This document shows, one piece after another, positions 17,538-23,317 of a stretch of 23,317 nt of DNA. Every line of letters begins with the position of its first letter. Positions within the stretch are counted from its first letter, which is position 1. Below the pieces are notes generated by a model. The model had not been told where the DNA came from, searched no databases, and saw nothing but the letters and a program-made list of their open reading frames with translations. The position numbers and the translations under genes were made by a program. Source of the DNA: Promethearchaeota archaeon (GTDB lineage: Archaea; Asgardarchaeota; Lokiarchaeia; Sigyniarchaeales; SOKP01); the NCBI GenBank assembly GCA_048938025.1, contig JBHLMP010000054.1, positions 1 to 23,317 of the forward strand, in the 5' to 3' direction.

Positions 17538-17897
17538 ATGAATGGTAAACAAAAATTTTATTTACTATTGGGGATATTCCAGATTTTACTAGTTGTAATC
17601 GTATTTTTTAGTATAGATGGGATTATTACATTTGCTGCTGCTCAAACACCTAGTGAATCATATAATTCTACTACTGCTGGAATGTTAGGAATAGCTGCTG
17701 CAATAGCAGTTGGTTTAGCTGTATTAGGAAGTGGTATGGCTATAAAGACAGTTGGTACTTCGGCAATAGCAGCGTTAACTGAGAGAGAAGAATTCTTTTT
17801 TAAAGCATTTTTAGTAGTTGCTTTGGGAGAAGCTTTAGCAATATATGGACTTATTATTGGAATACTATTATGGACTAAAATCCCTACGCCTCCTTAA
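17538..17897 (+). CDS. atpK: A/V-type ATPase proteolipid subunit c (K), single hairpin with N-terminal signal-like helix
   Basis: GIAAAIAVGLAVLGSG...FLVVALGEALAIYGLII with the conserved Glu. Confidence 0.95.
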   Translation: MNGKQKFYLLLGIFQILLVVIVFFSIDGIITFAAAQTPSESYNSTTAGMLGIAAAIAVGLAVLGSGMAIKTVGTSAIAALTEREEFFFKAFLVVALGEALAIYGLIIGILLWTKIPTPP

Positions 17898-17921
17898 AAC
17901 ATACTATAAAGCTGTAATTTT

Positions 17922-17926
17922 GGTGA
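17922..17926 (+). promoter_or_regulatory. Shine-Dalgarno motif GGTGA before the ACG start of subunit C
   Basis: GGTGA + 6 nt + ACG, the same geometry as the 3846 gene. Confidence 0.65.
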
Positions 17927-17932
17927 CCTTCA

Positions 17933-18985
17933 ACGAGTGTTCCAGTTCCCTCTTATGTCTATACTTTTATTAAAATAGGGTTTTTAAAACAATTAATAAT
18001 AGATGAAAAGACATTAGAAAAATTAAAAGACTTTAAAGAAATAGAAGAATTTATAGGATTTATTGAGCCTTTTTATCCTGATTTAAAAATTAATGAATAT
18101 TCTATCGAAGAAATTGAGAAAGCCTTATATCATATTTTTTTTAAGTTGATTGGAAAAATAATATCCTTTTCACCGTTTAACATGAGGCGTTTTTTAAAAG
18201 ACTATTTACTTAAATATGAAATAATAAATATCAAACAAATTATTCTAGGTTTAATAATAGGAATGAGTAATGAAGAAAAATCAAAAAATGTTAATTTTTT
18301 AATCGAAGAATATTTAGAAAATACTGATTTTATAAAAAAACTAATTGAACTTTCATCTTTAGACGAAGTTCAATTATATATGAAACCAACACAGTATAAT
18401 AAAGCAATTAGAGAAGGTATTCTTTATTTTAAGAATAATAATGAAATTTTTATACTCGAGGCGTTTTTAGATCAATTATACTATATAACTTTGCTGCAAA
18501 GAGAAAAGACCTATAATAAAAAAGAAAAATATATGATCTCTTTATTTAATTCTTTCATTACAGAAATTTATAATATAAATTTAATTTATCGTGGCTTAAT
18601 AAATAAGATAGATAAGAATTTATTATCTCAATTCATAGTAAATAATTATTTATTTTTAGATGAAAAAAAAATTGAGATTTTTTTGCATCAAGAGAATTTA
18701 AACGATTTTTTTTTAAAACTTGATGATCTCTTCGGAAAAATTATCGAATTAAGATATGATATTAATCTTTCAGAGATCGAACATCCAATATGGGAACTTG
18801 AGAGATTATACAAAAATTATTACTTTAAGAAATTTAAAATTGAAATTGATGATATTGATTATTTAACAATTTACAGAATTTTAGAATTGATTATAAAGAA
18901 AGAAAAAGAAATCAAATTAGAAATAATACCAAATGTAGTTAGAATAATAAATAAAAAATTTAAATCATTAAAATTGGAATTTTAA
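17933..18985 (+). CDS. atpC: A/V-type ATPase subunit C (d/AC39 family), 350 aa, probable ACG start
   Basis: Frame open from TGA 17924-17926 to 18985. N-terminal SYVYTFIKIGFLKQLII and DYLLKYEIINIKQII, LEAFLDQLYY, EIYNINLIYRG resemble subunit C. Operon context supports the call. Confidence 0.85.
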   Translation, partial: TSVPVPSYVYTFIKIGFLKQLIIDEKTLEKLKDFKEIEEFIGFIEPFYPDLKINEYSIEEIEKALYHIFFKLIGKIISFSPFNMRRFLKDYLLKYEIINIKQIILGLIIGMSNEEKSKNVNFLIEEYLENTDFIKKLIELSSLDEVQLYMKPTQYNKAIREGILYFKNNNEIFILEAFLDQLYYITLLQREKTYNKKEKYMISLFNSFITEIYNINLIYRGLINKIDKNLLSQFIVNNYLFLDEKKIEIFLHQENLNDFFLKLDDLFGKIIELRYDINLSEIEHPIWELERLYKNYYFKKFKIEIDDIDYLTIYRILELIIKKEKEIKLEIIPNVVRIINKKFKSLKLEF

Positions 18986-19020
18986 TCACCATATTATAAA
19001 AAAATATTAATTTTAGCGTT

Positions 19021-19332
19021 ATGGAACTCTTCAAATGGTTAAAAGAAATAGAACAAGTCTATCAAGAATTAATTGAAAATGCGAAAAAGGAAAGCTTAGT
19101 TCAAATTCAATTATTAGAAGAACAACAAAAAAAGGACCTAGAAATACTTCTAAAAGAAAAAAAGGGGTTTGTTAATTCAACTTTAACTGATCTTTCAAAT
19201 GAAGTCAAAAACTATCTTGATAATTTAAAAATAAAAAATAGTGAAATAATCAAAAAAATTGAACTTAATTATAAAAAAAATAAGGATAAATTAATTCAAT
19301 CAATAAAAGAAAAATTAGGATATGATTTTTAA
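19021..19332 (+). CDS. Probable A/V-ATPase peripheral stalk subunit G/H
   Basis: 103-aa charged coiled coil (LKEIEQ---ELIENAKKE) within the ATPase operon. Confidence 0.7.
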   Translation: MELFKWLKEIEQVYQELIENAKKESLVQIQLLEEQQKKDLEILLKEKKGFVNSTLTDLSNEVKNYLDNLKIKNSEIIKKIELNYKKNKDKLIQSIKEKLGYDF

Positions 19333-19652
19333 TGCCTAATCAGAAAGTACATGTACTAGGACATGATGAAATTGTTTCAATGTTAGGTTTATTAGGGATA
19401 GAAGGAACAGTTATTAAAGAGAATGATGACTTTTTGAAAGAATTCAATAATTTAGTAAATGATCCCCTAATTTTCATGATAATTATTTCATTAGATTTAT
19501 CAGATAACATTCTTGATTTCTTAATTGATTTTAAAATAAATAGAAGAAAACCATTTATAATGTATATACCTAATATTTTTAATTTAGATAGTGGTTCTGC
19601 AAATCTTTTTTTAACAAGAGTTTACGAATCCATAAATAAAATAATAAGTTAA
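19332..19652 (+). CDS. atpF: A/V-type ATPase subunit F
   Basis: KVHVLGHDEIVSMLGLLGIEG ... MIIIS ... PFIMYIP, 106 aa. Confidence 0.9.
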   Translation: MPNQKVHVLGHDEIVSMLGLLGIEGTVIKENDDFLKEFNNLVNDPLIFMIIISLDLSDNILDFLIDFKINRRKPFIMYIPNIFNLDSGSANLFLTRVYESINKIIS

Positions 19653-19666
19653 GTGAGGCGATATAT

Positions 19667-20392
19667 ATCTCAGAGGAAGAAAATTTAAAGAAATCTGTTG
19701 GTAACTTAGGATTATATTTAATAAGTAAAGCTTTACAAGAAAGTAAAGAAATACACAGACAACTACTATTTCAGAAAACTGAAATTAGAAAGAAATATGA
19801 TGAGAGAACATATAAAGAAACCTTAAAAGTTAAAAACAGTTTTATTGAAAACTATAATCAATTCTTAAATAATAATTTAACAACAACACTAATAAAATCA
19901 AAAGAAAAACTTCTCAATTTAAAGAATCAATTTAAAGAGGATTTAAAAAACTCTCTTAATGATTTAATTAAAAGAAAAATTAGTGAAAATTATCCAAATT
20001 ATATAGATTTTTTATTAGATCTTATTAAAAAACATAGTAATAATATAGATAATCAAGGAGAGATTACCTTTATTTTTAATTCAAGAGATTATAGTTATTT
20101 TATTAAAAATTTTAATCAAATTCAAAGAATATTCAAAAATTCAGTGATTATTCAACAATACATTGATGAATTTCTGGGTGGATTTAAAGTGTCATTTTCT
20201 CAATCAATTATTTCTTATGATTATACATTTGATACTCTAATTAATAAAAATTATATGCAGATTGAATTAGAATTTTCCAATACAATTTCTGATACTACTT
20301 ATAAGAAATTAAATATTGAAGTAGAAGAATTCTTCAATAAAAAAAAAAAAGATATAGAAGGATTTTTAAAGGAATATGATCAAATCAAATAA
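19667..20392 (+). CDS. atpE: A/V-type ATPase subunit E, about 241 aa, probable ATC start
   Basis: Frame open from TAA 19637-19639 to 20392. N-terminal coiled coil, then FIFNSRD and LGGFKV...YDYTFDTL typical of subunit E. The first canonical start (GTG 20144) would delete two thirds of the protein. Confidence 0.85.
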   Translation: MSEEENLKKSVGNLGLYLISKALQESKEIHRQLLFQKTEIRKKYDERTYKETLKVKNSFIENYNQFLNNNLTTTLIKSKEKLLNLKNQFKEDLKNSLNDLIKRKISENYPNYIDFLLDLIKKHSNNIDNQGEITFIFNSRDYSYFIKNFNQIQRIFKNSVIIQQYIDEFLGGFKVSFSQSIISYDYTFDTLINKNYMQIELEFSNTISDTTYKKLNIEVEEFFNKKKKDIEGFLKEYDQIK

Positions 20393-22211
20393 AGATAAAA
20401 ATTTTGGGTATACATCTGGTATCAATGGTTCCTTAATTGAAATAAAGGGATTGGAGCATAATATTCGACTTCATGATTTGATTAAAGTTTCCAAGCATAA
20501 TATATTAGGAGAAGTTATTCAAATATATTCGGATAAGGTAATAGCTCAGTGCTTTGAAAATACTAGCGACATGAGATTAGGTGAAGAAGTAATTGATCTG
20601 AAAGAACCTTTATCTATGGAATTGGCACCGGGCTTATTATCAAGTATTTTTGATGGAATTCAAAGACCATTAGAAAAATTTTTTACACAATTTACAGTTA
20701 CTGGTTTTTTGGAGAGAGGAGCAACCTTACCACCCTTATCAAGGACTAAAAAATGGCATTTTGTCCCACTGAAGAAGGTAAATGATGAGATCATTAATGG
20801 TGAAGTAATTGGAATGGTACAAGAAACACCTTCAATAACTCATTATATTTTATCACATCCAGAAGAATCTGGAATTTTAAGTTTTATTGCTGAAGAAGGA
20901 GATTATACAATAATTAGTGAGATATATAGATTAAAAAAAGGTTTACAAGAAAAAACTTTTAATATGATACAAAGGTGGCCTGTAACACAAAATAGACCTT
21001 TTCTTAAAAAAATAAGTCCAACTGAACCATTAATTACAGGAATTCGCGTAATTGATTTACTATTTCCTGTAGCAAAAGGAGGTACTGTTGCAGTTCCAGG
21101 AGGATTTGGTACTGGTAAAACTGTTATTCAGCAATCATTAGCTAAATGGTGTAATGCTGATGTGATAATTTTTGTTGGATGTGGAGAAAGAGGAAACGAA
21201 ATTGCTGATAGTTTAAGGGAATTTTCCAAAATCATTGATCCTAAAAGTGGTCGTCCATTATTAGAGCGAGTAGTAGTATTTGCAAATACTTCAAATATGC
21301 CTGTATCTGCTCGTGAAGCTAGTATTTTTTCGGGAATAACGATTGGAGAATATTATAGAGATATGGGATATGATGTTGCACTTATGGCAGATAGTACTTC
21401 AAGATGGGCGGAATCTTTAAGAGAAATTTCTGGTTTATTAGAAGAAATGCCTGCTGAAGAAGGGTATCCTGCTTATTTACCTTCAAAACTTTCAAGTTTT
21501 TATGAAAGAGCAGGTGTTATTACCACTATAGGAAATAATAGTTCAAAAGAAGTTAAGACGGGGTCTCTAACGATTATCGGTTCTGTGTCCCCCCCATCTG
21601 GAGATTTTAGTGAACCAGTAACTGCAACTACTAAACGCTTTGTACAGGCATTTTGGGCATTAGATGCTAGATTAGCATATGCTAAACATTATCCTGCATT
21701 AAATTGGCTTGATTCATATTCTAATTACCCTGAATATATTTCTGAATGGTGGAATAAAAGAGATATTAAATGGTTTGAGTTAGATCTCGATTGGCTTAAT
21801 TGTCGAAATCAAGTTAATGAAATTTTATCAATAGAAAATAATCTAAAAAATATAACGCAATTAATAGGAGAAGAGAATTTACCTGAAGACCAACAGCTAA
21901 TTCTTTTTATCTCAAAATTAATTAAAGAAGCGTTTTTGATTCAAAACGCATTTGATAAAATTGATAGTTATATATCAACCACTAAACTATTAGGACAAAT
22001 AAAAATTATCCTCTTACTATATAAAGAAGCAAAAGAACTTATGGATAAGGGGATTATTATTGAAGAAATTAAAGATCTTAAAATTATTAATGACATTTTA
22101 AGAATTAGTAATTCTATACCAAATGATGATTTCATAAAAATAGAAGAAATAAAGAAGAGATTACTTGAAGAAATTAATTCGTTAAAAACAACCTTTCATA
22201 GTTTGAGGTAA
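20376..22211 (+). CDS. atpA: A/V-type ATPase catalytic subunit A
   Basis: [18 protein letters not shown], Walker [46 protein letters not shown]. No intein. Confidence 0.98.
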   Translation: MIKSNKDKNFGYTSGINGSLIEIKGLEHNIRLHDLIKVSKHNILGEVIQIYSDKVIAQCFENTSDMRLGEEVIDLKEPLSMELAPGLLSSIFDGIQRPLEKFFTQFTVTGFLERGATLPPLSRTKKWHFVPLKKVNDEIINGEVIGMVQETPSITHYILSHPEESGILSFIAEEGDYTIISEIYRLKKGLQEKTFNMIQRWPVTQNRPFLKKISPTEPLITGIRVIDLLFPVAKGGTVAVPGGFGTGKTVIQQSLAKWCNADVIIFVGCGERGNEIADSLREFSKIIDPKSGRPLLERVVVFANTSNMPVSAREASIFSGITIGEYYRDMGYDVALMADSTSRWAESLREISGLLEEMPAEEGYPAYLPSKLSSFYERAGVITTIGNNSSKEVKTGSLTIIGSVSPPSGDFSEPVTATTKRFVQAFWALDARLAYAKHYPALNWLDSYSNYPEYISEWWNKRDIKWFELDLDWLNCRNQVNEILSIENNLKNITQLIGEENLPEDQQLILFISKLIKEAFLIQNAFDKIDSYISTTKLLGQIKIILLLYKEAKELMDKGIIIEEIKDLKIINDILRISNSIPNDDFIKIEEIKKRLLEEINSLKTTFHSLR

Positions 22212-22213
22212 AA

Positions 22214-23317
22214 ATGAGTATAATTTATAAAAATATAAAACAAATTATTGGTCCATTAATTTTTTTAGAAAATAACCATAATGTACATTATGGAGAAATA
22301 GTTGAAATTCATACAGTTGAGCAAGAAAATCGAATTGGTCAAGTTGTAAAAATTGATGAAGACTTAATTGTTATTGAAATTTTTGAAGATACAAAAGGAT
22401 TGTCCTCAGAAAATTCAACTATTTTTTTTACTGGAGATTCTTTTAAATTGAAAATTTCAAATGATATGTTTGGAGGTATTTTTAACTCTTTAGGGAAACA
22501 AATTGATATTTATACGAAAAAAGTTTTACAATCTGATATCTTAACTGATGTTGAACGAGATGTTAATGGTGTACCAATAAATCCATTTGCTAGACAATAT
22601 CCTTCAGAGGTAATACAGACTGGTATTTCTACCATTGATGGCTTATTTACACTAATTAGAGGTCAAAAACTTCCAATATTTAGTGGACAAGGCCTCTCAC
22701 ATAATAAAATGGCAGCCCAAATTGTAACTCAAGCAAAAGTTCTAACGGAAGAACCTTTTTTAATAATTTTTTGTGGAATAGGAATAACTCAAGATGACGC
22801 AATTTTTTTCACAGATCGCTTTCAAAAAAGCGGAAATATCCAAAATATAATCTCATTTATTAATTTTGCCGACGATCCTGTAATGGAAAGATTACTTATT
22901 CCAAGAATTGCCTTAACAACAGCAGAATATTTTGCTTTTGAAAAAGATATGCACGTTCTTGTTATATTAATTGACATGACCAACTATGCTGAGGCTTTAA
23001 GAGAATTAAGTTCTGCTAAAGAAGAAATTCCTAGCAGAAAAGGATATCCTGGATACTTATATTCGGATTTTGCTTCCATCTATGAAAGAACGGGTATTAT
23101 TAAGGGTAAAAAAGGATCCATTACTCAAATACCAATATTAACTATGCCAAATGATGATATTTCTCATCCAATTCCAGACACATCAGCATATATTACTGAA
23201 GGACAATTGGTACTCAATCGAAATTTAGAAAAAAAAGGGATTTATCCTCCTATTGAAGTTTTAGCTTCTATATCACGACTTATGAAAGATGCAATTGGTG
23301 AAAGAACTACCAGAGAG
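22214..23317 (+). CDS. atpB: A/V-type ATPase subunit B, 3' end runs off the window
   Basis: Manual translation from ATG 22214: [68 protein letters not shown]. Confidence 0.97.
   Translation, partial: MSIIYKNIKQIIGPLIFLENNHNVHYGEIVEIHTVEQENRIGQVVKIDEDLIVIEIFEDTKGLSSENSTIFFTGDSFKLKISNDMFGGIFNSLGKQIDIYTKKVLQSDILTDVERDVNGVPINPFARQYPSEVIQTGISTIDGLFTLIRGQKLPIFSGQGLSHNKMAAQIVTQAKVLTEEPFLIIFCGIGITQDDAIFFTDRFQKSGNIQNIISFINFADDPVMERLLIPRIALTTAEYFAFEKDMHVLVILIDMTNYAEALRELSSAKEEIPSRKGYPGYLYSDFASIYERTGIIKGKKGSITQIPILTMPNDDISHPIPDTSAYITEGQLVLNRNLEKKGIYPPIEVLASISRLMKDAIGERTTRE

Noticed and set aside
18146-20392. ORF-track calls 18146-18985 and 20144-20392 as complete genes or pseudogene fragments
   Set aside because: Both frames are open far upstream with family-like sequence and no frameshift or stop, so the truncation is an artefact of the start-codon rule.
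20376-22211. Intein in ATPase subunit A
   Set aside because: Normal length, and GCGERGNE is uninterrupted.
1-23317. CRISPR array, tRNA/rRNA, transposase or defence system
   Set aside because: No regular repeat-spacer pattern, GC-rich structured RNA or recognisable mobile/defence protein motifs were seen.

Overview
Very AT-rich archaeal chromosomal window, most consistent with an Asgard (Lokiarchaeia-like) genome. This is inferred from a Rag/Arf-like small GTPase, a divergent TFB paralogue, an A/V-type ATPase and GGTGA-type Shine-Dalgarno (SD) sites. Gene content in order: partial glycogen phosphorylase (-); K+-independent membrane H+-pyrophosphatase and a DUF47/PhoU-like gene (+); a cassette of small GTPase and ArsR (-) divergent from Lrp, a small ORF and TFB (+); SPFH/stomatin protein; coiled-coil protein; 2-hydroxyacyl-CoA dehydratase-family pair plus activator; two tandem VIT1/CCC1 (TIGR00267-like) genes divergent from a second DUF47; a 494-aa unknown; and the start of a rearranged A/V-ATPase operon (K-C-G/H-F-E-A-B). 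Three signals stand out. (1) Three genes (ATPase C, ATPase E, one VIT1 paralogue), possibly also the phosphorylase, have no ATG/GTG/TTG where the protein should begin and appear to start at ACG, ATC, CTG or ATT behind SD-like motifs. (2) Two proton pumps, VIT1-type transporters and phosphate-regulator-like proteins are co-located. (3) Three palindromes sit at exact 24-bp spacing between arsR and lrp. No rRNA, tRNA, CRISPR array or mobile element was seen.
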